64,000 nt of DNA. Source: an uncultured Verrucomicrobiae bacterium. GTDB lineage: Bacteria; Chlamydiota; Chlamydiia; Chlamydiales; Rhabdochlamydiaceae. The notes below the pieces were generated by a model, which had not been told where the DNA came from, made no database searches, and saw nothing but the letters and a program-made list of their open reading frames with translations. This document shows, in pieces, positions 29,372-40,598 of this stretch (positions are counted from its first letter, which is position 1; every line of letters starts with the position of its first letter). The DNA is taken from the NCBI GenBank assembly GCA_963813135.1, contig CAWEXY010000022.1, positions 1-64,000 on the forward strand. The letters run 5' to 3'. The translations under genes were made by a program, and so were the position numbers.

Positions 29372-30787
29372 ATGGCAACAGCTAAATTAAATTTTACTCA
29401 CACCCACTCTCACCACCATTTTAAGGCTGAGGCTGAACCATTGCACCATGCTCATAAAGCGGCCAAACTTGTCTTCGCCACCTCCTTTTTTTCCTGTTAC
29501 AAACAAGAGCATATCGATAAACAAATAGGGATCAAATACGCCCTTATCTACACCTATAACGTTGTAGTCATTACCAACAAAGCACTCTATCGAGGAGTAG
29601 TGTGGATTGTAGAGCATGTCGCTTTTCTGATTTTAATACCTTATAACGCGACGATCGGATGGGCCCTGAAAAAAACGATTTATCCCTATAACCCCATTAG
29701 CGGAGAACACCACTTTGTTTTCGTTCCGCGCAGAGTAGAGAAGTTTTTGGGCGATTGGGTTTTTTATCCGTCTTCTACTTTTGGCATGAAAAAATCGATC
29801 ACTAAACTCAGCAATGACACATCTATCAACGTTGCGGTAGAAGAAGCTTTCGAGAAGATCAGAGATAGAAACAAAGAGCTCTTGAATCCCAAAGGAGAAA
29901 CGCTTTTTGATTACCGCGTTACAACAGTTAGATCCAGCAAAATGAATGCTTTCTGCGTACCCGGCGGCGGAATGGTCGTCTTTAGCCAGATCGTGCAAGT
30001 GCTTCATGGTGGAATAGGGCAAATCAAAGAAAGTACGATCACCTTAGCAGATGGATCCAAGGTAAAGGTCGATTTAAGCGGCGTAACATTGCAAGACGCT
30101 TTAGGCGCACTCATGGGACATGAAATGACCCATGCCGCTTCGCGCCATTCGATGGCCTCCATGTCGGCTCGGTTTATATTTTCATGCGTGCTAAAGATCG
30201 TCCGATTATTCCTGATAACTTCCATGATAGAAAAAGCCTCTTCTAAGAAAGAAGAAGAAAAAGCGAACAAAGTCGACTTGTCTAAAATGAATAAATCCTC
30301 TTCTAAGAAAAATGAAGAGGAGAACAAAAAAGCAAACGAGGTCGATTTTTCTATGATGGAAAGATTAGTGGCCTGGTCGGAAGATAAAGTAGGCCATATT
30401 GCTGATCTAATACGGGGACGCAATTGCGAATACGAAGCCGATGTCACCGGAACCTATTTTTTACACCAGGCCGACTTAAATCCTCTGGGCGCTTTATTTC
30501 TGCTGGAAGTGTTATCACAATCGAAAGGCCGCGCCGCCTCCTTTTTTCATCGGAACCTTGAATTCCTCTATACACATCCCTGGGAAGAAAACCGCAAACG
30601 AGCTGTCTTTGCCGCAATCGCAGAGCTTGACCCTGAAAGGCTCAAAGCGAAAATTACAAAATGGGAGAAGGGATCCTCTGATGCTTATGATCTCTCCAAT
30701 TCAAGCCCTGCTTTGCAATACTGTGAAGATTTGCATCAAATGTTGAAGAACCCTCTCATAAATGGAAGGGATTCTTCGAGGATTTAA
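29372..30787 (+). CDS. M48-family metallopeptidase
   Basis: NAFCVPGG, GHEMTH, EYEAD and THP motifs. Confidence 0.88.
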   Translation: MATAKLNFTHTHSHHHFKAEAEPLHHAHKAAKLVFATSFFSCYKQEHIDKQIGIKYALIYTYNVVVITNKALYRGVVWIVEHVAFLILIPYNATIGWALKKTIYPYNPISGEHHFVFVPRRVEKFLGDWVFYPSSTFGMKKSITKLSNDTSINVAVEEAFEKIRDRNKELLNPKGETLFDYRVTTVRSSKMNAFCVPGGGMVVFSQIVQVLHGGIGQIKESTITLADGSKVKVDLSGVTLQDALGALMGHEMTHAASRHSMASMSARFIFSCVLKIVRLFLITSMIEKASSKKEEEKANKVDLSKMNKSSSKKNEEENKKANEVDFSMMERLVAWSEDKVGHIADLIRGRNCEYEADVTGTYFLHQADLNPLGALFLLEVLSQSKGRAASFFHRNLEFLYTHPWEENRKRAVFAAIAELDPERLKAKITKWEKGSSDAYDLSNSSPALQYCEDLHQMLKNPLINGRDSSRI

Positions 30788-30859
30788 GGAATAGACCAAC
30801 TACAGGCCTGCCTAACCCACCCCTAAAGGGATGGGATTGCGGCATGGCAATCGTTCAAA
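30743..30859 (-). mobile_element. Non-autonomous IS200/IS605-like miniature element, copy B (inverted)
   Basis: Reverse complement of 24139-24255 with 3 mismatches in 117 bp. Confidence 0.8.
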
Positions 30860-31703
30860 AACGGTCCACAAAAATCATGAGGCTTACGCCCATGATGACA
30901 ATGAGCGAGTGAAGAAACACTTTACGCGCCCAGAGTTTGTCGCTCGCGGCCTTAAAGCCTTTGAGGCCTTTCCAGAGCCAAGCGAGGCTTAAAAGCGCCG
31001 TGGCCGCGAGATAGGCATATCCTGTAAATCCGAAGAAAGTTAGGAGAAGGGCCGCAACGCAAAAAGCGGTCATGTACAGCACGATCTGGATTTTTGCCGC
31101 TTGCATGCCGCGGACGATGGGAAGCACGGGGATAGACGCAGCGGCATAATCGCTCATGCGGTACATCGCAATCGCAAAAAAGTGGGGCATCTGCCACAGC
31201 ACGACGATGCCAAATAAGAGAAATGCACCCAGGTCCAAGGCATTGCTGACCGCGCAGTAGCCGACGACGGGCGGCATGCCGCCGGCGATGCTTCCGATAA
31301 GGGTCGCATGCCAAGAACGGTATTTCCACGGGCTATAGAGAAAGACATAAATCGAAAATCCCACGAGGGCCATGAGCGCCGTGAGAAGGTTGGCGTAGAA
31401 TATCAACATCAGAACACCGAGCACGAGTAGGGCTGCAGCATACACGAAAGCAGAGATCGTAGAAATCTCCCCTCTCGCGAGCGGCCGGTTTTTTGTGCGG
31501 GCCATTTTTCCATCCATCTCACGGTCGATGTAGTTATTGCAGACGCAGGCAGATGCGATGACGCAGGAAAGGCCTAGTAAGGTCATAAAGAAGAGAGCGA
31601 TGTCAAAATGCCCGCGGGAAGCAAGAGCAAATCCTGCGATGGCGGTAATGGCATTGCCGAAGATGATCCCAGGCTTTGTGAGTTGAAAAAAGGTCCTAAT
31701 CAT
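30855..31703 (-). CDS. cyoE: Heme o synthase (protoheme IX farnesyltransferase)
   Basis: LTKPGI, NNYIDREMDGKMARTKNRPL and WQMPHF; last gene of the cyo operon. Confidence 0.95.
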   Translation of the reverse strand: MIRTFFQLTKPGIIFGNAITAIAGFALASRGHFDIALFFMTLLGLSCVIASACVCNNYIDREMDGKMARTKNRPLARGEISTISAFVYAAALLVLGVLMLIFYANLLTALMALVGFSIYVFLYSPWKYRSWHATLIGSIAGGMPPVVGYCAVSNALDLGAFLLFGIVVLWQMPHFFAIAMYRMSDYAAASIPVLPIVRGMQAAKIQIVLYMTAFCVAALLLTFFGFTGYAYLAATALLSLAWLWKGLKGFKAASDKLWARKVFLHSLIVIMGVSLMIFVDRF

Positions 31704-31732
31704 TTATTTCTCGCATTTGAGAAGCAGAGGGA

Positions 31733-31798
31733 ATTTTTAACGCAAAGGCGCAAAGACGCGAAGATTTTTTTGTGTCTTTGCGTCTTTGCGTTAAAAAT
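31733..31798. repeat. REP-like palindrome between cyoD and cyoE
   Basis: atttttaacgcaaaggcgcaaagac ... gtctttgcgtctttgcgttaaaaat, 25-bp arms with 1 mismatch. Confidence 0.8.
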
Positions 31799-31805
31799 CT
31801 CTTTC

Positions 31806-32135
31806 TCATCCCAGGCCCGTACTCATGGGGCTCATCGGCATTTGCCGGTAATTGAGGTGGTACATGATCCATATGGAGCCGAGGACTAAGATGAGGAGAA
31901 CTGACAGCATGAACAAAAAGACTGCCATCTTCCAGTGGGGTTTGCTCTCGTATCCTAAGTAGAGGAAAAGAACAAGCTGGACCAGGGCTTGCACGAGGGC
32001 AAGGCCGACGATGGCAAAAATCAGGGTGTTGCCTGTGAGAAGGCGCTGCGTGACCAGGAAATAGGCTGCCAGCGTCAAGAAAATGCAGAGAAAAAGACCC
32101 CATACGTACGACTTGAACGAACCTTCTTCGGTCAT
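31806..32135 (-). CDS. cyoD: Cytochrome bo3 oxidase subunit IV
   Basis: SYVWG..L...LT, VQLVLFL and GSIWIM; ATG overlaps the cyoC stop. Confidence 0.9.
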   Translation of the reverse strand: MTEEGSFKSYVWGLFLCIFLTLAAYFLVTQRLLTGNTLIFAIVGLALVQALVQLVLFLYLGYESKPHWKMAVFLFMLSVLLILVLGSIWIMYHLNYRQMPMSPMSTGLG

Positions 32136-32703
32136 ATGACTCCCATTAAATAGACCATTGTGAAAATGAAAATCCAGACGACATCCAAAAAGTGCCAAAA
32201 GAGTTTTAAGCAGGTCAGCCTTTTAAACGAGACAGGCGTGATCCCATGGCGGCAGACCGGCACGAGCAGTACGATCATCCAAAGGAGTCCGAGCGATACG
32301 TGGAGTCCGTGGGTGCCTACTAAAGTGAAGAAGGACGAGAGGAAACCGCTTTTCTGCCAGCTGTTGCCTTCGCGCACGAAGTGGGCGAACTCGGTCAGCT
32401 CTAAGGCGATGAAGCCAGCGCCCAGTAAGAACGTAACGCCCCACCAGAGGAGAGTTTTTTTCACATTGTTTGCACGGGCCGCAAGTCCAGCGAGGCCGCT
32501 CGTGAAGCTGCTGACAAGGAGGAGGATGGTCTCCGCAAGGGCAAACGTGGGGTCGAAAAGGTCGTGCGTGGAGGGCCCGCCAAACGTGTTGTTGTGGAGA
32601 ACAGCATAGGTGGCAAAGAGGGTCGCGAACAAAATGCAGTCGGTCATGAGGTAGGTCCAAAAACCGAGGTAGGTCATCGAAGCGGCTTGTTCTTGGTGAG
32701 AAG

Positions 32704-32707
<4 letters not shown>
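32132..32707 (-). CDS. cyoC: Cytochrome bo3 oxidase subunit III
   Basis: GFWTYLMTDCILF, FFTLVGTHGLHV and FWHFLDVVW. Confidence 0.95.
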
Positions 32708-34654
<1,947 letters not shown>

Positions 34655-34655
34655 G

Positions 34656-35519
34656 TTATTTCTCCATCGGCATCATAAATTTCATCATAATCCAATCAAA
34701 AAGATCGGCTTTTTGAAGGAGAAACGAAGCGGCCGGATTATTTTCACTGGGCTTCGCCAATGTTTTATATGAATCTAGGTCCAGCTTCTGCGGCACGGCC
34801 CGCACCTGTGCAACCCATGCCTCAAAATCGGATAATGAAGAAGCTTTAGCCGTAAATCTCATCCCCGAAAATCCCGTTCCGCTCAAATTTGCCGAAGATC
34901 CGGGAAAGCTCCCCTCCTCATTGGCAAGCAGATGCAGCTTGGACTGCATGCCCGGCATCGCATAAATTTGTCCGCCTAAGTTCGGTATCCAAAACGAATT
35001 CATCGGGGCGTCGGCAGTGATGAGAAAATTAATGGGCGTGTTAACGGGAAACTGCACAAAGTTGACCGTCGCAATGTTATACTCGGGATAGATGAACAGC
35101 CATTTCCATTGGAGAGCGACAACCTGGATGGTCACAGGTTTGCCCGGGGCATCGAGCGGTTTAAACGGATCGAGTTCATGGCTGCTCTTCCAGCAGAGGA
35201 CGGAAAGAACACCCACGATGGCGCAAGGAACGCCCCACCAAATGATTTCTGCTAGGGGATGGTCAGCCCACTCAGGATCGTATTTTTCTTTATGGTCGGA
35301 GCGGTATTTCCAAGCAAAAAGAAAAGCGAAGAAAAAAACGGGCACGACCACAATGAGCATGAGGAGTGTGGCGGTGACGATGAGATCGCGCTCCTTGGCC
35401 CCTACCCAGCCTGTGGGATGCAGCACAGAAATATCGCCGATGTGCAAAAATAATATGCGGAGCAGCACGACGCTGGCGGCCAAAAGAGCAAAGAGTGCGA
35501 TTTTGTATTTGATGCGCAT
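34656..35519 (-). CDS. cyoA: Cytochrome bo3 oxidase subunit II
   Basis: VVALQWKWLFIYP and MNSFWIPNLGGQIYAM; no CuA cysteines, so quinol type. Confidence 0.95.
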   Translation of the reverse strand: MRIKYKIALFALLAASVVLLRILFLHIGDISVLHPTGWVGAKERDLIVTATLLMLIVVVPVFFFAFLFAWKYRSDHKEKYDPEWADHPLAEIIWWGVPCAIVGVLSVLCWKSSHELDPFKPLDAPGKPVTIQVVALQWKWLFIYPEYNIATVNFVQFPVNTPINFLITADAPMNSFWIPNLGGQIYAMPGMQSKLHLLANEEGSFPGSSANLSGTGFSGMRFTAKASSLSDFEAWVAQVRAVPQKLDLDSYKTLAKPSENNPAASFLLQKADLFDWIMMKFMMPMEK

Positions 35520-35610
35520 GTTTTGTTAAAACTCCCCATTTAGCACGAAGCCAAAAGCTTGTCTAGACCAAAAAATAGCGCCATCGATATACCTTTTGAA
35601 GGAGTTATAA

Positions 35611-36453
35611 TTGATGATAAGAGAAGAGATTGTCCGAGTTGCCGCATATCAGGCGGCAGCACATGCCTCTTTCGAGGGCCGCAAACAACAGATTCAGTCT
35701 GTTCTTAAGGAGGCAGAGAAAGCAGGCTCGCATTTCGTTTGCTTTCCAGAAGGCTTTTTGACGGGCTATTACGCTGAAAAAGCAGAGGCGGAATTAAATT
35801 CTCTAGAAGTAGAAGGTGATCTTTTCCAGAGGTGGCTGCACGAAATCCGCGATGGCCAGCCCACTCTTATCGTCGGCTTTAATGAACGCGATGGCGATGA
35901 TATTTATGACTCAGCGGCTGTCGTAGAAAAGGGAAAGCTGCTCGGCGTTCAGCGCAAGCACTATCTTTATCATCCTTATTTCAGTTCTGGAAAAACATTT
36001 TCTCCTTTTCATAGCCAAGGCATCTGCTTTGGAGTCGTGATCTGTCTCGATACCATGTATTTTGAGCCTTCACGTTTACTCGCCCTTCAGGGCGCAACCA
36101 TTCTTTTCTCCCCTATGTGTAATAAGGTTCCACTCGATCACAGCTATGCAAAACGTCCCTCCTATTATAGCCATTTCGTGGCCCGCTCCTTCGAAAATCG
36201 CTGCTGGCTCATATCCGCCGATTGGATTTGGCATAACGATGGAAATTTCTTTTGCCCTGGACATACAGTGGTGTATGACCCAGATGGTCGAGAAATCAAA
36301 CGAAGTCAAGCCGGAAAAGAACAACTGCTGATCATCGATATTCCCCAAAAACACCTCCATTCAAAAAAGGGCCGAAGAATTTATGGAAGCTCATTTCTAT
36401 TGGAGAAAATGCTAAAAATGCACGCGATGAAGTCGGACGCTTGTGCAAAATAA
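35611..36453 (+). CDS. Carbon-nitrogen hydrolase (nitrilase superfamily)
   Basis: FPEGFLTGY, QRKHYL and ICLD give the E-K-C triad. Confidence 0.9.
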   Translation: MMIREEIVRVAAYQAAAHASFEGRKQQIQSVLKEAEKAGSHFVCFPEGFLTGYYAEKAEAELNSLEVEGDLFQRWLHEIRDGQPTLIVGFNERDGDDIYDSAAVVEKGKLLGVQRKHYLYHPYFSSGKTFSPFHSQGICFGVVICLDTMYFEPSRLLALQGATILFSPMCNKVPLDHSYAKRPSYYSHFVARSFENRCWLISADWIWHNDGNFFCPGHTVVYDPDGREIKRSQAGKEQLLIIDIPQKHLHSKKGRRIYGSSFLLEKMLKMHAMKSDACAK

Positions 36454-36574
36454 AAGGTTTTGATATATGTTAGTACTTCCTTCGGTTGCTTAGGTTTCTT
36501 GCGAATGCGCGAAGTTAATGCAGTTCGTGGAAATGAGGAAGGAAGTTTGAATATAAACAAAAAGGAAGTCTCAA

Positions 36575-37108
36575 ATGTTTAAGAAAATTGGTATATTAAC
36601 TTCCGTCAGCCTTATCGCTTTTTCAGCGTTAACTGCGGATCAAATGGACAGTGGAAAGTCAAATAAAAACATGGACATGAACATGTTCGATGGCGGCTGG
36701 ACAATGGGCCCCATGATGAACGTGTCTCCAACTGGCACAGAAGAATTCATATCAGTCGGCTACATCGATGATATGTTCTTAGTGGACGTCGGTGCCAACT
36801 ACAACCACTTTAAATTCCATTCTCACAAAACGAATCAGGCAATGTTCTTAGCTCATTTGGGCTTACGTGAACGTCTGTACCAAAATTTATTTGTGACCTA
36901 TGGAGCCGTAGGTGGTATCACAGCTGGAAAAGTAGAAGATGAGCGTCCTTGGTCAGCAGGAGCATTCGTAGGATTTGACTTACAAATCGTAAGACACTTC
37001 CTCATTTCTGCTAAAATCAACGCTTTCAACTATGAGCGTACAGTAAATGACTCAAAAAACTACGAAGTGTTTTCATCTGGAACACTCGCGCTTTCTTACG
37101 TATTCTAA
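36575..37108 (+). CDS. Small outer-membrane beta-barrel protein
   Basis: Signal peptide; beta-strand pattern; ends LALSYVF. Confidence 0.7.
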   Translation: MFKKIGILTSVSLIAFSALTADQMDSGKSNKNMDMNMFDGGWTMGPMMNVSPTGTEEFISVGYIDDMFLVDVGANYNHFKFHSHKTNQAMFLAHLGLRERLYQNLFVTYGAVGGITAGKVEDERPWSAGAFVGFDLQIVRHFLISAKINAFNYERTVNDSKNYEVFSSGTLALSYVF

Positions 37109-37134
37109 TCGAATACTTTAGAAGGTAAGCTTAG

Positions 37135-37187
37135 CTTCCCTATGTCATTTGCAAGCAATTGCAGTGGTCATAGGGAAGTTTTTTTTT
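37135..37187 (+). terminator. Rho-independent terminator
   Basis: cttccctatg...catagggaag stem followed by a T-run. Confidence 0.7.
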
Positions 37188-38919
37188 ACCCTTGTGCGTA
37201 GAGCTCCCCTAAACGGTCGTATAGTTTTTCCAGCTTCTTCTGTTCCTCGGAGATCGTCGTAAGCAGCGATTGGATCTCTTCCCGATTCCCGCTCGCAGAA
37301 ATAGCAGCCAACTTCTCATTGTTCTTTTCAAGACTAGCTTCTAAAAGCTCTATCTTCTCTTCACAACGGGCGATCTCCGCCTTCCCAGATTTTGGTTTGA
37401 GCGGCGAGGGCTGACTGGCGCGCTTTTTTTCCGGTTTTTCTTCTTGCCAGCCCACCTTATCGAGAAACTCATCATACGTACCGAGAAACAGCTCTTGCTT
37501 CTCTTTATGGCAAACCACCAGTTTGTTGAACGGTATGCGCCGCAGCACCCACTCGCTATGCGTGACGATCACCACGGCACCTTCAAACTCCTCAATCGCA
37601 TCGATAAGGGCCTCGATCGACTCGATATCGAGATGGTGGGTCGGTTCATCGAGAAATAGCAGGTTGCAAGGCTGCGCCACGATTTTCCCGAGGAGCACTC
37701 GGCTTCTCTCACCCCCCGAAAGGACCGATATCGGCTTTTCTGCCAAATCTCCGCTGAACATCATCAGCCCGCAGATCGCGCGCACTTTACTAAAATTGAG
37801 CGCGGGGTTGGCCTGAGAAATTTCCTCTTCAATCCGCATCTTCGCATCCAGCCGGTCAATCGACGTTTGTCCAAAATATCCCAGCCGCATCGCCTGGGCT
37901 TGCTGCAAAGTTCCTTTCTTTGGGGCCAGTTCTCCGGTCAGCAGCCGCAGCAGGGTCGACTTTCCATAACCGTTCTTCCCGATGATCGCTACCCGGTCTC
38001 CCTTTTCGATCACCAAGGAAAAATCATCGATGAGCGGAGCATCATAAGCAAATTGCAAATGGGAGGCCTCGATCATCTTCTTTCCCATGAACGGAATTTC
38101 ATGAAAGGAAAAATCGAGATGATGCAGGTCTTTTAATTTCTCTAGCGATGGCAGTTTGTCGATCTTTTTTTGCCTCGATTGGGCTTGCGCAGCTTTGGTC
38201 GCCTTGGCCCCAAATCGATCGATGAACTTCTGCATATGGGCTTTTTGCTTCTCGACGCTGATGCGCGTCATTTCATGCCGCTCTTCTTCATCCGCAATGA
38301 GCTGGAAAAGATCCGAGCTTTTTCCTCGGATTTTATGAATTTTATGGCGATGGATCCCCATCATATAGTCGGTCACATTGTCCAAGAATTGTAGATCGTG
38401 CGAGATGAGGATCATCTCCCCTTCCCACTCTTGCAAAAAGCGCGTCAAAAATCGAACCGAAAGAATATCCAGATAGTTGGTCGGCTCATCGAGCAGCAAG
38501 CAATCAGGCTCTGAAACGAGAACCTTGGCTAACTGCACTCGGAGCGCAAAGCCCCCCGATAGCGAGCGCGGATCGGCGTCCATCGCCTCTTTATTAAACC
38601 CTAGCCCGAAAAGAATGCTCTCTACCTTATAAAAGGCATCGCTTTCTTCCTCACGCAGCCCCAGCGCTGCCTCTTCTAAAATCGTCGGCTTTGTAAATCG
38701 AATTTGCTGCTGGAGGACACCGATGCGATAGCCTTTCGGAAGGACCACCCTGCCCTCGTCCGGCTGCTCCTCCCTTGTCAGTAAACGAAAGAGCGTCGAC
38801 TTTCCCGATCCATTGCGGCCGATCAGCCCGCACCGCTCCCCCCTCTGTATGCTGAACGAGGCCTCCTCAAGAACAACCTGGCCGCCATAGGCCAGACAAA
38901 GCTCATCTGCTTGAATCAT
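37186..38919 (-). CDS. ABC-F family ATPase
   Basis: Two ABC domains (GRNGSGKS/LSGG/LLDEPTN and GKNGYGKS/LSGGE/LDEPT), no TM, C-terminal coiled coil. Confidence 0.95.
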   Translation of the reverse strand: MIQADELCLAYGGQVVLEEASFSIQRGERCGLIGRNGSGKSTLFRLLTREEQPDEGRVVLPKGYRIGVLQQQIRFTKPTILEEAALGLREEESDAFYKVESILFGLGFNKEAMDADPRSLSGGFALRVQLAKVLVSEPDCLLLDEPTNYLDILSVRFLTRFLQEWEGEMILISHDLQFLDNVTDYMMGIHRHKIHKIRGKSSDLFQLIADEEERHEMTRISVEKQKAHMQKFIDRFGAKATKAAQAQSRQKKIDKLPSLEKLKDLHHLDFSFHEIPFMGKKMIEASHLQFAYDAPLIDDFSLVIEKGDRVAIIGKNGYGKSTLLRLLTGELAPKKGTLQQAQAMRLGYFGQTSIDRLDAKMRIEEEISQANPALNFSKVRAICGLMMFSGDLAEKPISVLSGGERSRVLLGKIVAQPCNLLFLDEPTHHLDIESIEALIDAIEEFEGAVVIVTHSEWVLRRIPFNKLVVCHKEKQELFLGTYDEFLDKVGWQEEKPEKKRASQPSPLKPKSGKAEIARCEEKIELLEASLEKNNEKLAAISASGNREEIQSLLTTISEEQKKLEKLYDRLGELYAQG

Positions 38920-39086
38920 GGATATAGTCTAGAGAATTTCGAAGTATTCGAAAACCCTTCTTCTTTATCAATTTACTCAACCTATTAAGGATCAAAGATT
39001 TAAAAAAATACAACACCTTGAATATGAACCACTTAGTTGTAAATTAATTTATATAATATTAATAAAAATTAGTTTAAAATTATAGA

Positions 39087-40556
39087 ATGGCAACGAATGA
39101 ATATAGCTTCAGATCGGCAACTCTTGATGCCCATCATAAAGCCCTAAAAACCGAGAAAGGCAAGTCGGGCCGCAAAGAAATCGGCACAGAGCAATCAGCC
39201 TCGCTCACTAGAGAACCCGAGCACGATTGTTTCAAATTCGACGAATTTGCCGCCGCTGAAAAAGCCGTCCGGCGCATCTGGGGAATGTATATACGCCTCT
39301 GCGCTACTTTTTATTTGGATTGCAAAACATGGCGAGGAAAAACCGAACTGGTCGGTGCTGTTTCCCATTGCGGGCAGTGCCATGGCTCTCATTGGTGCCT
39401 GACCCCTTCTTTATATGATGACAAAATCGAACGCATTATCGATCGCATCATTCTTTTAAAGGGCCATGTCACTCCCCGATCGAAGCTTTATTGCCAAAAT
39501 GCTTTGGAATTAGAAGAAAAAGATTTTACTTTTATGAAAGAAAATACCGATCGGGAAAAGATACGCTCTTTTTTAGAAAGTCGTGTCAAACCAGGGCATT
39601 GGCATCGATCATATAAGGGAACAGCTTTTGAGAGGCAGTCTAATAGCACGATTACAAATCATGCCAGGTCCAATCGCGTCGATTCGATTATGGAAAAGCG
39701 GCTGCGGCCCGAAGAAGACGCGGTCAATCAAGAAACATTCGAACACCGTCTATCCCCGGAAATAGCTACGCACAAGCTCGTCGCCAGAATGGTCGAGCAT
39801 TTCGAAAAAAGTTTGGACCTCTTTAAAAAGCGTAAGGCCCATATCGAGCGTTTTATGGAGCTCAGCCAGCAAATCTCTTCTATGCCCGACCGGTCGCTGG
39901 CCTTCTTTCAAAAAATCGAAGAGCTTTTAAGCTTAAGACAGGAATTTAAGACGAAAAACAACATTATCCCCCGCTTTAAGAAGATCGATGAGTATCGATC
40001 CGATTTTCATACCCTCAATGCCCTATTGAAAGATTTTGTAAAAACAGTCGGGGAAAATCCCTCCGAATGCCGAACCGAAGAAATCCCTACGCTGACAATG
40101 GAACTTAAGGCCCTGCCTCCCGTCGATTATAAGCTCCACCTCGAAGAGCTCGAGCATTACATTCAGGAGACCGAAGCTCAGCTCGAGGGGACGAAGCTCT
40201 ATAGCGACCTTGAGGTCATTGATTCATTCGCCGTCTCCTTCTTTGGCATCAACGACCTTGCAACGAATACGCGCATTAAACCCACTGCGGAAGAGATGCA
40301 GATCCAACTCCTCAATATGATGAAGAAGGAAGAACCGCCTAAAGCCCGCGATCGAAAAATGCCTAAATTGGAATTTGAACGATCTGCCACGCCGGAATCC
40401 CATCCCTTTAGGGATGGGTTAGGCGGGCTTGAGCTGGTCAATTCCTTAAATCCTCGAAGAATCCCCTTCATTGATGCCTTCATTGATGCCTTCATTGATG
40501 AAGGGGTTCTTCAAAATGTTACCAACTCCCCTTCTAAGCATCCGCGGACAGAATAA
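39087..40556 (+). CDS. Hypothetical protein, possible effector
   Basis: 489 aa with an HCGQCH motif and coiled coil; the C-terminus is encoded through repeat copy C. Confidence 0.7.
   Translation: MATNEYSFRSATLDAHHKALKTEKGKSGRKEIGTEQSASLTREPEHDCFKFDEFAAAEKAVRRIWGMYIRLCATFYLDCKTWRGKTELVGAVSHCGQCHGSHWCLTPSLYDDKIERIIDRIILLKGHVTPRSKLYCQNALELEEKDFTFMKENTDREKIRSFLESRVKPGHWHRSYKGTAFERQSNSTITNHARSNRVDSIMEKRLRPEEDAVNQETFEHRLSPEIATHKLVARMVEHFEKSLDLFKKRKAHIERFMELSQQISSMPDRSLAFFQKIEELLSLRQEFKTKNNIIPRFKKIDEYRSDFHTLNALLKDFVKTVGENPSECRTEEIPTLTMELKALPPVDYKLHLEELEHYIQETEAQLEGTKLYSDLEVIDSFAVSFFGINDLATNTRIKPTAEEMQIQLLNMMKKEEPPKARDRKMPKLEFERSATPESHPFRDGLGGLELVNSLNPRRIPFIDAFIDAFIDEGVLQNVTNSPSKHPRTE
40374..40514 (+). 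mobile_element. IS200/IS605-like miniature element, copy C (diverged, internal 12-bp x3 repeat)
   Basis: tttgaacgat..atcccatccctttagggatgggttaggc..ttccttaaatcctcgaagaatccc..(ccttcattgatg)3..gggttcttcaa. Confidence 0.75.
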
Positions 40557-40557
40557 T

Positions 40558-40590
40558 TCCGGTGAAAGGCAATAAGACCCTTCACCGGAA
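40558..40590. terminator. Hairpin between convergent genes
   Basis: ttccggtgaa...ttcaccggaa. Confidence 0.6.
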
Positions 40591-40598
40591 AATGTTAT

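Noticed and set aside
37186..38919. Antibiotic-resistance ABC-F forming a cluster with the Vat-like gene
   Set aside because: It lies 8 kb away and looks like a housekeeping ABC-F; resistance cannot be inferred from motifs
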